A DNA stretch of 64,000 nucleotides. Origin: an uncultured Bdellovibrionales bacterium (GTDB lineage Bacteria; Myxococcota; XYA12-FULL-58-9; JASMKV01). The position numbers were made by a program, and so were the translations under genes. Where the stretch lies: the NCBI GenBank assembly GCA_964013445.1, contig CAXGWX010000001.1:5055-69054 (forward strand). Direction: 5' to 3'. Below are positions 1 through 11,206 of the stretch, piece by piece. Within the stretch, counting starts at the first letter, position 1; every line of letters starts with the position of its first letter. Under the pieces are notes generated by a model. It did not search any database. It was not told where the DNA came from and was given only the letters and a program-made list of their open reading frames with translations.

Positions 1-689
1 GATAGTTGTCTGGATTTCCCGCATAGATCATCCAGGGTCCATCGCCCAAAACATCCTGAACGTGGTGAATTGTTTCCAATTCCGGCTCTTCGAGATCTTT
101 GGGCTCAATCCCCGCGGGCACCACATGCAAACGATCCGCATCGATACCATATTCCTGGTGAAAGAGCCGCTGGGTTTCATCGAGAGTAATAACGCCGTGG
201 GCCACCTTGGGCAGGGTTCGATCTAAAACATCCCCCACAACCCCGGCAAAGGCCTGAGCCAAATGGGCACGAAAATAGGTCGGCAACTCGGGCCCCATCG
301 CATTATGGGCATGATAAATCAGCGGAATCTGATGATGCAAACGCAGCAAAGCACCAATACCCAAGCCCTCGACATTATGTACATGCAAAAAGTCACAACG
401 GTAGGTCTTCAGAATCCGCTCTGCCTTCATAAATAGCGCCATATCCGCTGCCGGCTTGGTCAAACTTGGCCCGGAGCGCAGGCGCTTACCCAAACGCATG
501 GTTCGATGCAGATGAAAATCGAAATCACTTTCGTATTCGCCGTGACCGTAAGTGATCAGGTGTACTGTATGTCCCGCCCGGCTCAAACCGCTGGCCAGAG
601 AGCGAATAAAAACCTGAGTTCCCTGAAAAGTTGGAAAAGGGCAGGGCGCTACCATAGCGATGGTGTATTTTTGTTTTTCAGATGTCATG
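1..689 (-). CDS. Glycosyltransferase family 4 (GT-B), N-terminal part; gene continues beyond the window start
   Basis: Minus-strand translation from ATG (complement of 687-689) gives MTSEKQKYTIAMVAPCPFPTFQGTQVF...HVHNVEGLGIG..., a GT4 N-terminal domain pattern, open to position 1. GAGG-type RBS upstream. Absent from the ORF track because it is truncated. Confidence 0.55.
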
Positions 690-733
690 ACCTCAACCCT
701 AAAACCACTCTTATCAGCAAACCCTAAAAAGAT

Positions 734-3628
734 CTATTCCGCATAGGGAACGGTCATATACTCGCGACGACGTCCACCTTGACTGCTCTGCTTGCCGGGA
801 GAATCATGAAGCTCACTTAAATCCTTAAGCACAGATTCAAGCGCAAAATCGATGGGCTCAATATCCGGGCAACGCTCCGGAGCGAGAAAAGTTTCTTCCT
901 TACGAATCTGCAGGTGTCTTATATTCTGCTCAGGCATCAGAAGGGCGAGAATTTCGGAAATCTTCATGCTGCCACTGCGCTGAAAACGGTTGGTAACCAT
1001 CAGGTGTTCCCCGGAAATACCCATATCTACAACCTGGCGCCGCGCATCCAAAACCCGCTTCTTGCGCTTGCGACGGACCGCCACGAGATACTCCTCGCTC
1101 GCCATAAACTCCTCGAGTTCCGTGCGTAAGGCGCTACGATCACAATTCTCCGGCAAAACCACTCGGTATTGCATGGCTTCAATCAATTCGCTCACACTTG
1201 GAGTTGCCCAGGGAACCTCATCCGCATCGACGATAAAAATACCCTCCGGCAGAAGCGGATTAATCTTTTCCGCCAAACGCCGTGGATCAGGCTTCCCTTC
1301 ACATTCGATCTCGAAATATTCCCCCAAGCTCTCAATACCCGTTGGACAAGCTGGAGAAAAAGAAACCTTAGCCCGCGGATTAAAACCTTGTGAATAAAGC
1401 ACTGGAACTTCCGCTTGCCGTATAGCGCGCAAAATCTGCCCCATCGAATCAAGATGGGAAAAATGCACCGCACCACCAACCTTAGCGAAGCGAAATCGCA
1501 ATCGGGATACAATTTCCGGAATAGGCTTAGCTGTGGGCTTGGCCAGCATCGGTGCAACCGGCTCGCCGTCCACGAGATTCATCGCCGATAGAGCCTCATT
1601 GAGTTCCGGCTCAAGCTTCTTATTATTGTCCGGCGGGGCTCCTAAAACATCCGGCTCTAATATAACCAACCGTCCACCTTGATCATCTTTACGCTTGGTA
1701 TAAGGATCGCCCAAATCGCAACCGCCACAAGCATAACAGTGCTCTTCAAAGGCACAATCGCCAATGGTGGCCGCTTCGTAGCTTTTCTTGCGATCACGGA
1801 TAAGAAATTTTTTCAATATCCCCGCATCCAAATGGTCCCAAGGCAAGAGAGGCTTCTCGGGCCGCTCCTCTAAATAGTCCTCAGGTTGTAAACCATACTC
1901 TGCACAAACTTCCTCCAAAACCCTTACCCATAGCTCGTGATTGTGATGCTCTGTCCAGCCATCAAGTCGGGAACCTTCTAAACTGGCCTGAAGCAGGGCT
2001 TTGCCAAGACGTCGATCGCCACGGGAGAGAACCCCTTCGAGAAAACTTTGTTCCGGTGAGTGATAGCGAAAACCAATCTTGCTTTTCTTTAACCGCTGGC
2101 GCAAGCGATCATGCTTGGCCTTCGTCTCATCGATGCTGATCTGGCGCTCCCACTGAAAAGAAGTATGTGGCTTAGGCACAAAAGTCGAAACGCTCACCGT
2201 AACATCCACATCCGGGCGAATCTTTCGCCCCTCTGCTCTAGCCCGTTCACCAAGGTGGGCAATCGCGTCCACATCGACTTCCGTTTCTGTTGGCAAACCG
2301 ATCATAAAGTAGAACTTTAAGCTGCGCCATCCAGCATTCACTGTGGCACGAACCGCATTCATCAAATTCTCTTCGCTGTTGGTCTTATTGATCACATTCC
2401 GCATACGCTCTGAACCAGCCTCCGGCGCGAAAGTAAAACCAGATTTACGAACGGATGCGACTTGCTCCGCCAATTCTGGCGTCATCGTCTCCGTGCGCAT
2501 AGATGGCAACGAAATACCGATTTTCTGCTGTGCATAGCGACCAAAAAATTCACTCAAAACATGATTGATTGGCGCATAATCACCGGCAGAAAGAGAAAGC
2601 AGCCCAATTTCATTGGAGCCTGAATTTTTCAAGGATTCCTGGGCCAACTCCAAGACCTTTTCCGGTTTGCGCTGCCTGGTCGGTCGGGTGATCATCCCGG
2701 CCTGGCAAAAACGACAGGCCTGAGAACAGCCGCGCTGAATCTCTATGGATACCCGGCCATGGACCGGCTCAATATTCGGCACAATCGGCTTGGTCGGGTA
2801 GGGGGCCGCATTCAGATCAACCACCGTGCGCCGGGTAATTCTCGGTGTACCGTGCTTGCTGCGAATATTTTCGTAAGGGGTGCCCGCCTTGGCCTGAATC
2901 GAGTGAATATCAATGCCATCGTATTCAATCTCGTAGTGCTGTGGAATATACATTCCAGGGATACGGGCTAAATCGAGCAAGATCTCTTCCCGACTGGCTT
3001 CTCGCTCACGACCAGCTGCCAGGGTTTCCATGATATCCCGAATCGCCTCTTCACCATCGCCTAAGAGAAAACCGTCGAAGAAATCAGCAATGGGCTCAGG
3101 GTTAAATGCACCCGCCCCACCACCGATGACGAAAGGCTCATCCTTAGCCCGCTCCTCGGCCCGCAAAGTCACACCACCATGATGCAACATCGCCAGCAGA
3201 GTAGGGTAAGAAAGCTCATACTGAAGAGTCACGCCGATCAGATCGAACATGGCCAAAGGACGCTTGGTCTCGAGGGACCAGAGGGGCACCTTTTTGTCAC
3301 GGGATAGCTTTTCCAAATCCGGCCACATGGCGTATACCCGCTCCGCTGCAAAGTCTTTCTCCTGATTGATGATATGATAGAGAATCTTCAAGCCAATATG
3401 GCTTTCTGCCACCTCATAAACGTCCGGGAAGAGCAAAGCGGCGCGCGCACGCACATTATCGTCTTTAACAACACTGTTGAGCTCACCACCAACATAGCGG
3501 GCGGGCTTTTCGATATCGCTGAGTAATTGATTGATAACAGTTTGAGAAACTGTCTGATGAAATTCCATATTATACCTCGTGGACGGGAGTAAAACCCTGA
3601 TGGTGCGTCCAAACTGACCACCATACAA
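734..3628 (-). CDS. Fused B12-binding/radical SAM protein (TIGR03960-like) with C-terminal DUF2344/TIGR03936-like domain
   Basis: 964 aa. CxxxCxxC radical SAM motif (CSQACRFCQAG). Long C-terminal extension typical of the two-part radical SAM proteins often found near rne/rng. Confidence 0.7.
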   Translation of the reverse strand: MYGGQFGRTIRVLLPSTRYNMEFHQTVSQTVINQLLSDIEKPARYVGGELNSVVKDDNVRARAALLFPDVYEVAESHIGLKILYHIINQEKDFAAERVYAMWPDLEKLSRDKKVPLWSLETKRPLAMFDLIGVTLQYELSYPTLLAMLHHGGVTLRAEERAKDEPFVIGGGAGAFNPEPIADFFDGFLLGDGEEAIRDIMETLAAGREREASREEILLDLARIPGMYIPQHYEIEYDGIDIHSIQAKAGTPYENIRSKHGTPRITRRTVVDLNAAPYPTKPIVPNIEPVHGRVSIEIQRGCSQACRFCQAGMITRPTRQRKPEKVLELAQESLKNSGSNEIGLLSLSAGDYAPINHVLSEFFGRYAQQKIGISLPSMRTETMTPELAEQVASVRKSGFTFAPEAGSERMRNVINKTNSEENLMNAVRATVNAGWRSLKFYFMIGLPTETEVDVDAIAHLGERARAEGRKIRPDVDVTVSVSTFVPKPHTSFQWERQISIDETKAKHDRLRQRLKKSKIGFRYHSPEQSFLEGVLSRGDRRLGKALLQASLEGSRLDGWTEHHNHELWVRVLEEVCAEYGLQPEDYLEERPEKPLLPWDHLDAGILKKFLIRDRKKSYEAATIGDCAFEEHCYACGGCDLGDPYTKRKDDQGGRLVILEPDVLGAPPDNNKKLEPELNEALSAMNLVDGEPVAPMLAKPTAKPIPEIVSRLRFRFAKVGGAVHFSHLDSMGQILRAIRQAEVPVLYSQGFNPRAKVSFSPACPTGIESLGEYFEIECEGKPDPRRLAEKINPLLPEGIFIVDADEVPWATPSVSELIEAMQYRVVLPENCDRSALRTELEEFMASEEYLVAVRRKRKKRVLDARRQVVDMGISGEHLMVTNRFQRSGSMKISEILALLMPEQNIRHLQIRKEETFLAPERCPDIEPIDFALESVLKDLSELHDSPGKQSSQGGRRREYMTVPYAE

Positions 3629-3700
3629 TCAACGTTGGCCGGACTATTATGTCTTGAAATTCAGGATGTAAAGCCCAGAAGCACGCAAACCTATAAAATC

Positions 3701-6514
3701 CTATTCATTTTTCAGATCTTCAGGCACACCCATGCCACTAAGTTCTTCTTCAAGCTCCTGAGCCAAAGCGGGAGGCGCCTTGGTTCTTCTAAAGGCCAAT
3801 ACCAGAAGTGGCAAAAAGATAATCGACACCAGCAACGAACAAAGAATGGATATCATGGTAAGCAATGCAAAACTCTGTAGACCGCCATGGGGCGAGAGCA
3901 ATAATCCGGCAAAGCCTAAAAGAGTAATAAGAGCTGCAGCAAAAACCGAGCCGCCGGCACCGCCCAGCACTTCCGAGACTTGCACCTTACCGCCGTTTAA
4001 ATGGGCGCTTTCGTGACAGCGCCAAACCAAATGAACCGCGGAGTCGAGACCAATACCGAACAAAAGCGGTAAGACGAGAATATTCCCATAATTCAGGGAG
4101 ATCCCCAAAGCCCCCATCACCCCCAATGTTACTACCGCACTTAATAGCACCGGCAACATGACCAACACCGCGCTCAGCAAGGAGTAAAAACCAAAGGTGA
4201 GCAGTACGAAGATCACCAATAGGGCCCACACTCCTGCCTGAATAAAACTTCTAATGATTTGATCGCGATAACGATGCAAGTTGAGAATAAAGCCTGTCGC
4301 CTGCGGGTCTAACCGCTCAATGTCCTTAATAAATTTTGCGCCAACTGTTCTGTCCCAAAAGTTGCCGCGGGGGTAGACGAGAAGTCGCACCGCTGAATCG
4401 TATTTGGCCGCAAACCAAAGCCTAAAAAATCCTGGCAAGTTTTGGTTACGTAAGCGACCGTGTTCAACCACATCTCTGCTGTTTGTCCAGGCGCGCTCGA
4501 GAATATTAGCCAAATTACCGTGAATTGCCTGCACACGCCGTTTATCCTCAAAACGAGGATCATCTAAGCGGCTAATAAGGTTTGCCATATCCCTTTCAAA
4601 AGCAACCACCGCATCATTACTAAAACCCGCCAATGCCAATGTGAAACGCAGTTTGTCGAGCACAGGAAAGAAGGCGCGCAACTCGAGATTAAGTGCCTTC
4701 GCATCAAACCAGCGATTCCGCAAAATCGAAAAATTTGGTACCGGTTTGTCCGCCGAAAAATATTTTTCAAGAATCGCAAGCTTCTTTTTAGTCAACGCGG
4801 GGAGTGAATCACTTGGCGAATAAACGGCCGCCACCGAAGATTTTTCGCGCAGGATTTCAGTCCATTCACGGGCCTGCTCTATATCTGAGGTCACCAGCCA
4901 GGCTGCATCCGGTGTAAGGACTCGATCTTTCTCCAGTGCCCGCAAGGCCCGGGCCCCTTCAGAGCGAATCGGTAAGAAATCCGTATAGCGAATAGAAAAC
5001 TCAACCTTAGTGGCAAAATAGGCGGAGCCAATAACAAGAACAAGCAAGCCAATAATAAGATTGCGAAAATTCTTCTCAACAAAATCACCAAAACTTCTGA
5101 GCACATTGTTGACCCGGGAAGCCAAATTCCGCTTGCCCACCCGATAGGTGAGAAAGGCTGGGTAAAATACGAGGATACCGCTGGCTGCGCCAATAATCCC
5201 CAACACGGCCAAGAGTCCCAGCTCCGTAAACGCTGAAAACTGTGTGGTGGCGCTGGCAAGAAAAGCAATCACAATGGCGGTGGCGGCTAAAAGATGGGCC
5301 GGGCCAGAACGTCGAACCACCATAAATAGGGCATCTTCTCCGCTCAAACCACGGCGTAATATCTCCCCATGGCGGACAATAAACCCCACTGAAAAACGTA
5401 TACCAAAGGCCAGAATAATTGCGATGACCGCTGAAGAGGCCACATTAAAACCGCCAAAGAATTTATTCGCTGCTGCTAAAACAAAGATAAGGGCGGGTAT
5501 AAGTGGCAGGAACGCCAGTAAACTTGTACGAATCGAATAAAAGTAAAGTAAGAGTGCAATAAACACGGCGCAAAAACTTAAGATGACAGAATTACGCATG
5601 CCCTCTTTTGCCGCCAAATGCTCATCGTGCTTAAGCACAGGTATACCGCTTAGACCTATGGAAATTCGGCCACGGCCAATACTGCGATAAATCCGATCCG
5701 CAATGCCTCGCACCTTGACGATGAGTGGGTGAATATCCAAAACCTCATCGGACTCGAGCTGAGGCATCAAGATTATATAATGCTGTCGCTCGGAACGACC
5801 GATAATGTAGCCCTCGTCATCAAGGACCATATCTTCGCTCTTGAGTTGCTCAACAAAAGGCTTAACCAACTCCTCCCAATAGCCTTCCCCTTCATAATAA
5901 AGCTCAAAAATATCGAACAGCTCGTGCAGATCTTTGATTGAATCTTGTAACTCTTTGCCCTGCCGGCCCACCGGATGGCCTCGCTCCAAACGCTCCGCAA
6001 GTCTTGACGTATGCGCATCTAAAACCGATTTAATTTCTTGCAAGAGGGCTGGTGCCCCCCCTTCCAGGGTCGTCGCCAGTTTTTCTGGTCCGCCAAGCCA
6101 TTGCGCAAGCCGATCAAATTTCCCCGGATCGTGTAAAAATAAGACTTCCGCAATCTGTTCAAAATCAAGCTTAGCAAAAACCCGCCCAGCCAAAGACGGA
6201 ATATGAGAAAACTCTTCAAGGAGGGCTTGGACAACTTCCTGGCGGCGTTCTTCCCGACTGCCCGCAATCACAAGAACAAAAGTATTTACCGCACCGAAAC
6301 GCTTCTTCGCCTCCATCAAGCGAAGTTCTTGTTTGCTCTCCTGGTGAATCAAGGAATAGGCGGAAGAGTCGACACTTAAACCGGGAATCTCCATCGCTGC
6401 AATCACCAGCACCCCGATAAAAATCAGGGCACAAACCTTTGCATGTCGGAGAATCGAAAGCTCAAGAAGGTCAAAAACTTTCTTGAGCGTCGTTGGCACA
6501 AATTTTAAATCCAC
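3701..6514 (-). CDS. MMPL/RND-superfamily membrane transporter (HpnN-like exporter)
   Basis: 937 aa with two blocks of about 6 TM helices separated by large soluble domains. The duplicated MMPL architecture is visible in the hydrophobic segments. Confidence 0.7.
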   Translation of the reverse strand: MDLKFVPTTLKKVFDLLELSILRHAKVCALIFIGVLVIAAMEIPGLSVDSSAYSLIHQESKQELRLMEAKKRFGAVNTFVLVIAGSREERRQEVVQALLEEFSHIPSLAGRVFAKLDFEQIAEVLFLHDPGKFDRLAQWLGGPEKLATTLEGGAPALLQEIKSVLDAHTSRLAERLERGHPVGRQGKELQDSIKDLHELFDIFELYYEGEGYWEELVKPFVEQLKSEDMVLDDEGYIIGRSERQHYIILMPQLESDEVLDIHPLIVKVRGIADRIYRSIGRGRISIGLSGIPVLKHDEHLAAKEGMRNSVILSFCAVFIALLLYFYSIRTSLLAFLPLIPALIFVLAAANKFFGGFNVASSAVIAIILAFGIRFSVGFIVRHGEILRRGLSGEDALFMVVRRSGPAHLLAATAIVIAFLASATTQFSAFTELGLLAVLGIIGAASGILVFYPAFLTYRVGKRNLASRVNNVLRSFGDFVEKNFRNLIIGLLVLVIGSAYFATKVEFSIRYTDFLPIRSEGARALRALEKDRVLTPDAAWLVTSDIEQAREWTEILREKSSVAAVYSPSDSLPALTKKKLAILEKYFSADKPVPNFSILRNRWFDAKALNLELRAFFPVLDKLRFTLALAGFSNDAVVAFERDMANLISRLDDPRFEDKRRVQAIHGNLANILERAWTNSRDVVEHGRLRNQNLPGFFRLWFAAKYDSAVRLLVYPRGNFWDRTVGAKFIKDIERLDPQATGFILNLHRYRDQIIRSFIQAGVWALLVIFVLLTFGFYSLLSAVLVMLPVLLSAVVTLGVMGALGISLNYGNILVLPLLFGIGLDSAVHLVWRCHESAHLNGGKVQVSEVLGGAGGSVFAAALITLLGFAGLLLSPHGGLQSFALLTMISILCSLLVSIIFLPLLVLAFRRTKAPPALAQELEEELSGMGVPEDLKNE

Positions 6515-6999
6515 TCTTCCCTCAAATCCCCCCTATGTTATGCCGATTTTACGGAAAGCACGATATTTTAGCAGAAAAGTATCGTGCAGAAATCGGGTCC
6601 AGGTTCTAAGTGCACAAAATCAGATCGGATTTTTTGTGCATATGCGCAGCAAAAACATATGAGCACACACCGCCAAAGACTTAAGTCACTGTTTTTACAG
6701 GAATATTTTTTCCTGCCGGATCATGGCACAGCCCCTGCAATGACCTTTGACAACATCGTTAAACTGACCCAAAGCGGGGCGTGAAATATATTTGAGCTAT
6801 TTTATTGGAGAACTTTCCTGGGGGCAAAAGGCTTAAGTAAATTTTACGCTTCGCCGTAGGGCAACATATTCGTAAGTGTTAGGTGTATAATCTTGAAACC
6901 TGGTAAATCACCTGGGGGCAAAACGGCGAACCTGGGCTTCAGGGTTATACACCGCTCTTGTTTTTTATCTATTCACAGTAAATTTATACTGGCGCAAAT

Positions 7000-7881
7000 C
7001 TAAGAAACAATCTTTCGTACAATTTCCTCAAATTGATCTGCCTGATGAAAAAAGATTTCGATGCGTCCTTTGCCACTGCGATAATGCAACCGGCATTTCG
7101 TACCTAACGCTTCCTGTAGCTTATTTTCTACTTCTGTTTCCGCCGCCGAGCGTGCCTCGACTTTTTTTCCAGCTTTCGCCGCCGATTGATTCATGCGACG
7201 GGCAATCACTTCCGCATCTCGAACAGAAAGTCCTCTACGAATAATATCATCGGCCAGCTTTTCCTGAGTAGAGACGGACTCAAGCATCATAATAGCGCGG
7301 GCGTGGCCTGGACTAACTTTTCCCTGAGCCAAATAAGCTAAAATACTTTCCGGGAGTTTTAAAAGCCGCAATGTATTGGTAATGCTTACACGGCTTTTCC
7401 CTACTGACTTTGCAACTTCCTCTTGGGTCAACGCATACTCATCAATAAGGCGCCTATAGGCATAGGCCTCTTCTAAAGGGTCTAAATCCTGACGTTGGAT
7501 ATTTTCAATCAGTGCGCTTTGTAAAGCCTCTTCATCACTAAAATCCTTAACCACAGCCGGAACATCGTGTAAACCGGCTTGCCCGCACGCGCGCCAGCGT
7601 CGCTCACCGGCGATTAACTCATAGTGATCGCCATGCTTACGCACCACCACCGGCTGCAAGACACCGTGCTCCTTAATCGACGCGGCCAGCTCTTCAAGCG
7701 CTGCCGGGTCAAAAACCTTACGGGGCTGGAGATCACTCGGCTTGATTTTCTCGATTCCGATGTGCTGCAGACCCTTACGCGGCCCCCCTTCTGCTGGAGG
7801 TATCAAAGCGGCCAGGCCTCTTCCTAAGACTTTTCTTTGCGGTTCCTTAGATTGTAAATCCATAACACATACCCTTTTCAA
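7000..7881 (-). CDS. parB: Chromosome partitioning protein ParB (Spo0J)
   Basis: LGRGLAALI N-terminal motif, GERRWRA ParB box, and an HTH region. Immediately downstream of parA. Confidence 0.9.
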   Translation of the reverse strand: MKRVCVMDLQSKEPQRKVLGRGLAALIPPAEGGPRKGLQHIGIEKIKPSDLQPRKVFDPAALEELAASIKEHGVLQPVVVRKHGDHYELIAGERRWRACGQAGLHDVPAVVKDFSDEEALQSALIENIQRQDLDPLEEAYAYRRLIDEYALTQEEVAKSVGKSRVSITNTLRLLKLPESILAYLAQGKVSPGHARAIMMLESVSTQEKLADDIIRRGLSVRDAEVIARRMNQSAAKAGKKVEARSAAETEVENKLQEALGTKCRLHYRSGKGRIEIFFHQADQFEEIVRKIVS

Positions 7882-7897
7882 TTATATTCAATATATT

Positions 7898-8671
7898 TCA
7901 ATTTTGTTCTGAGGGAATTTCTAAAAACTCCTTGGCCAGTGCCAAATATCCCTGGCAACCTTTTGAAGAAATATCGTAAAGTAAAATCGGTTTACCGAAA
8001 CTCGGCGCCTCAGAAAGGCGGACATTTCGCGGAATGACCGCATTATAAACCCGGCCTTGAAAATTATTACGCACGTCTTCTGCCACCTGCCTCGATAGAT
8101 TGTTGCGGCCATCAAACATGGTCAACAACACACCCTCAACGAAGAGATCTGGATTTGGCCCAGCTCGAACCATTTCCAAGCTCTTCGTCAACTGGCTCAA
8201 TCCCTCCAAAGCATAATACTCACACTGCATAGGAATCAGCACGGAACGCGCCGCACACAACCCGTTAAGGGTTAAAAGCCCCAAAGAGGGCGGACAATCG
8301 ATAATAATGATCTCATATTCTGCTTCCAGGAGCCCTAAAGCACTCTGCAAGCGAGCGTAACGCTCTTCGTATTCAACCAGCTCAACCTCCGCACCGTATA
8401 GATCGGGGCCGGAGGGCAAAAGATCTAAATAAGGCAGCTCGGTTTTACGCACTAAAGTTGCCGCATTCTGTGGCTCCACAAGCGCTGCATAAATGCTTTC
8501 TTCCAGCTCTGCAGCTTCAAGTCCCAAACCGCTGGTGGCATTGGCCTGTGGATCTAAATCAACCAAAAGAACCTTATGCTCCGCAGCCGCAACTGAGGCT
8601 GCCAGATTAACCGCCGTGGTTGTCTTGCCCACTCCACCTTTTTGATTTGCTACCGCAACGATACGTGTCAC
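7898..8671 (-). CDS. parA: Chromosome partitioning ATPase ParA/Soj
   Basis: Deviant Walker [15 protein letters not shown]. 257 aa. Classical parAB operon arrangement. Confidence 0.9.
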   Translation of the reverse strand: MTRIVAVANQKGGVGKTTTAVNLAASVAAAEHKVLLVDLDPQANATSGLGLEAAELEESIYAALVEPQNAATLVRKTELPYLDLLPSGPDLYGAEVELVEYEERYARLQSALGLLEAEYEIIIIDCPPSLGLLTLNGLCAARSVLIPMQCEYYALEGLSQLTKSLEMVRAGPNPDLFVEGVLLTMFDGRNNLSRQVAEDVRNNFQGRVYNAVIPRNVRLSEAPSFGKPILLYDISSKGCQGYLALAKEFLEIPSEQN

Positions 8672-8695
8672 AACTTGAAGCCCCCGAGGCTTCCA

Positions 8696-9310
8696 CTAGC
8701 CCGTTCGCCGAAAAATCTCAAGGGTTCTTTTGCGCCCTAAGAGCTCATAAATATGAGATTCGCCCTGCGGAAAATCAATCCCATCTTCCTGGGTACGAAA
8801 CACCAAAACCGAACCCTTCTCCCCTAGCCAAGAAAAAAGTCCTTCAATATCAGCGTAGTTCGAAAATGTTGCCCGAGTTAAGGCCATATCGAAGAAGCCT
8901 CTAGGTTCATCCTCAGCACGGCAATGAAGAACCCTAAGGTTCTCCATTCCCAAAGTACTTTTGCATACCCGCAGAAAAGAAACCCGCTTTCTTCGCGACT
9001 CAACCAAAGTGAAATCTTGTTGCGGCATCGCCAAGGCCAAGGGTATCCCGGGAAACCCTGCACCTGAACCAAAATCGACAAAACTATTCCCCTGCAAGCG
9101 AATCATAGCCTCCAGGCTATCCCGATAATGCAGCAGGGCTCCCTGGGCCGGGTCCAAAATAGCGGTTAAATTAATCTTCTCATTCCATTCGATCAAAAGC
9201 TGCCAATGGGCCCAGCACTGCCCAATAAAGTCCTGCGGCACCTTATCCACCAGCTCTCCAAGAGAATCCTTCAGAGTTTCACAAAATTTTTCTTTATCGC
9301 TTATCGCCAT
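8696..9310 (-). CDS. rsmG: 16S rRNA (guanine527-N7)-methyltransferase RsmG (GidB)
   Basis: 204 aa. SAM-binding DFGSGAGFPGIPLA motif. Conserved position between mnmG and parA. Confidence 0.85.
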   Translation of the reverse strand: MAISDKEKFCETLKDSLGELVDKVPQDFIGQCWAHWQLLIEWNEKINLTAILDPAQGALLHYRDSLEAMIRLQGNSFVDFGSGAGFPGIPLALAMPQQDFTLVESRRKRVSFLRVCKSTLGMENLRVLHCRAEDEPRGFFDMALTRATFSNYADIEGLFSWLGEKGSVLVFRTQEDGIDFPQGESHIYELLGRKRTLEIFRRTG

Positions 9311-9325
9311 GTTTCACGTGAAACA
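9310..9325. promoter_or_regulatory. parS centromere-like site (perfect 16-bp palindrome)
   Basis: TGTTTCACGTGAAACA exactly matches the widespread ParB-binding parS consensus. It sits in the mnmG-rsmG intergenic region abutting the rsmG start codon, 1.4 kb from parAB. Confidence 0.85.
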
Positions 9326-9337
9326 CCAACACTTCAA

Positions 9338-11206
9338 TCAGGCAGCGCTGGCAAATCCCTTGGTGCATTGAACCCGCAAAAGCGCCAGACCTGCCGGTGT
9401 CATTCCCGGAATGCGGCTGGCCTGCCCCAAAGTCGCGGGCTTGATCCGGTTAAGCTTTTCAGAAAGCTCGTTGGAAAGGCCCTGTACCTTTTGGTAGTCA
9501 AATTCGTCCGGTAACTTTATCCGATCCAGCTCGACCAATCGGGCGATTTCCTTTTCCTCGCGGCGAATATAACCCTCATACTTCACACTTTCTTCGACAA
9601 TACGTGCCTGCTCCGGTGCCGCACTGGCCTCTTCGGGCAACAAATCTTCGATCCGGATATCCGGTCGCCGCAGGATTTCAATCTTCTTTGTCCCCAGGTA
9701 TTTCTCCGCCACCGACAATCCAGAGGCTAAATCCGCTCGTGAAATACCCGTTTTTTGCAGCTCTTTGAGGATCTCTTCACGAGATCGGCGACGCTCCTCA
9801 ACCCGCTGAAAGCGGCCGGAATCAATTAATCCAAGGGCATAGGCCATATCTGAAAGCCTGTCTTCCGCATTAGACTCCCGTAGAGTTAAGCGGTGCTCGG
9901 CGCGGGATGTAAATACGCGGTAGGGTTCATCCACCCCTTTGGTCACCAAATCATCGATGAGCACACCAATATAGGCCTGATCTCGCCTTAATATAAAAGG
10001 TTCATCCCCTGCCACAAAACGCAGCGCATTCACACCGGCCACTAAGCCCTGAGCTGCCGCTTCTTCATAACCGCTCGTGCCATTGATCTGTCCCGCCAAA
10101 AATAGACCGGAAACGCTTTTTGTCATCAGATTTGCCCGCAATTGGGTGGGTGGGGCGTAATCGTATTCCACCGCATATCCGTGCTGGAGAATCCGCACAT
10201 TTTCTAAGCCCGGGATGGTCTTCAAGAAAGCTTCCTGAACATCCCGCGGCAGAGACGTGGAGAGGCCGTTGGGGTAAACCCGCTGCGAATCCAGGCCTTC
10301 CGGCTCAAGGAAGATTTGATGCCGATCCTTATCTGAAAAGCGGACAATTTTATCCTCCAGCGATGGACAATAACGTGGCCCAATGCCCGTAATCATCCCT
10401 TGAAAAAGAGGCGAACGAGCCAGATTGTCCTGAATGATACGGTGGGTTTCCTCATTCGTATAGGTAATAGCGCAGCTCACCTGCGGCAGGTCGTTTGGAC
10501 CCGATTCAAAAGAAAACTGTGGTCTCGGTTCGTCACCTTCTTGATGCTCCAGGTGCTCCCAATCAATGGTTTCCCGATCGAGCCGTGGAGTTGTGCCGGT
10601 CTTAAATCGGCCTAATTCGATTCCATTGGCCTTTAAGGCCTCGGAAAGATAATTTGCCGGCGCATCACCGACCCGCCCTCCCGCAAACTTCTCCTGGCCA
10701 ATATGGCAGAGGCCATTGAGAAAAGTTCCGGTGGTAATAATGCAAGCCCTGCAGGAAATCGCTCCAAGGGTGGTCTCAACCCCTTTAAGCTCGCCCTTCT
10801 CGACGAGCAATCCGCGCACTTCCGCTTCGATAGGAGTAATTCCATCGCAGCCCAATATCCGCTCAGTCATTGCTTCCCGATATAGTTTCGAATCTGACTG
10901 GCATCGGGTTGAGCGGACAGCTGCTCCTCGGCTAAGGTTTAAGCGGCGAAACTGAATGCCTGTCGCATCCGCAACCTGGGCCATAGCACCACCGAGCGCA
11001 TCAATTTCACGTACCAAATGGCCTTTGGCCACTCCCCCAACCGCCGGATTACAGCTCATTTGCGCAATACGATCCATCCGCAAACTCACCAGACCAACCC
11101 GGGATCCCATACGTGCAGCGGCCAGTGCTGCCTCACAGCCCGCATGTCCCGCTCCAACGACGATGATATCAAAATGTTTCACGTGAAACCTTACTTTCCA
11201 ATGCAA
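9338..11206 (-). CDS. mnmG: tRNA uridine 5-carboxymethylaminomethyl modification enzyme MnmG (GidA)
   Basis: FAD-binding [17 protein letters not shown]-terminus and 622 aa length. The start may be the internal GTG (VKHFDIIVV), since the listed N-terminus is encoded by the parS-like palindrome. Confidence 0.9.
   Translation of the reverse strand: MHWKVRFHVKHFDIIVVGAGHAGCEAALAAARMGSRVGLVSLRMDRIAQMSCNPAVGGVAKGHLVREIDALGGAMAQVADATGIQFRRLNLSRGAAVRSTRCQSDSKLYREAMTERILGCDGITPIEAEVRGLLVEKGELKGVETTLGAISCRACIITTGTFLNGLCHIGQEKFAGGRVGDAPANYLSEALKANGIELGRFKTGTTPRLDRETIDWEHLEHQEGDEPRPQFSFESGPNDLPQVSCAITYTNEETHRIIQDNLARSPLFQGMITGIGPRYCPSLEDKIVRFSDKDRHQIFLEPEGLDSQRVYPNGLSTSLPRDVQEAFLKTIPGLENVRILQHGYAVEYDYAPPTQLRANLMTKSVSGLFLAGQINGTSGYEEAAAQGLVAGVNALRFVAGDEPFILRRDQAYIGVLIDDLVTKGVDEPYRVFTSRAEHRLTLRESNAEDRLSDMAYALGLIDSGRFQRVEERRRSREEILKELQKTGISRADLASGLSVAEKYLGTKKIEILRRPDIRIEDLLPEEASAAPEQARIVEESVKYEGYIRREEKEIARLVELDRIKLPDEFDYQKVQGLSNELSEKLNRIKPATLGQASRIPGMTPAGLALLRVQCTKGFASAA
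11175..11190. promoter_or_regulatory. parS-like site (15/16 match)
   Basis: TGTTTCACGTGAAACC at the mnmE stop / mnmG start overlap. It encodes the FHVKHF N-terminal residues of the listed mnmG ORF. Confidence 0.7.

Noticed and set aside
506-727. 73-aa plus-strand ORF at the window start
   Set aside because: Lies entirely within the better-supported minus-strand GT4 glycosyltransferase coding region (motifs, RBS).
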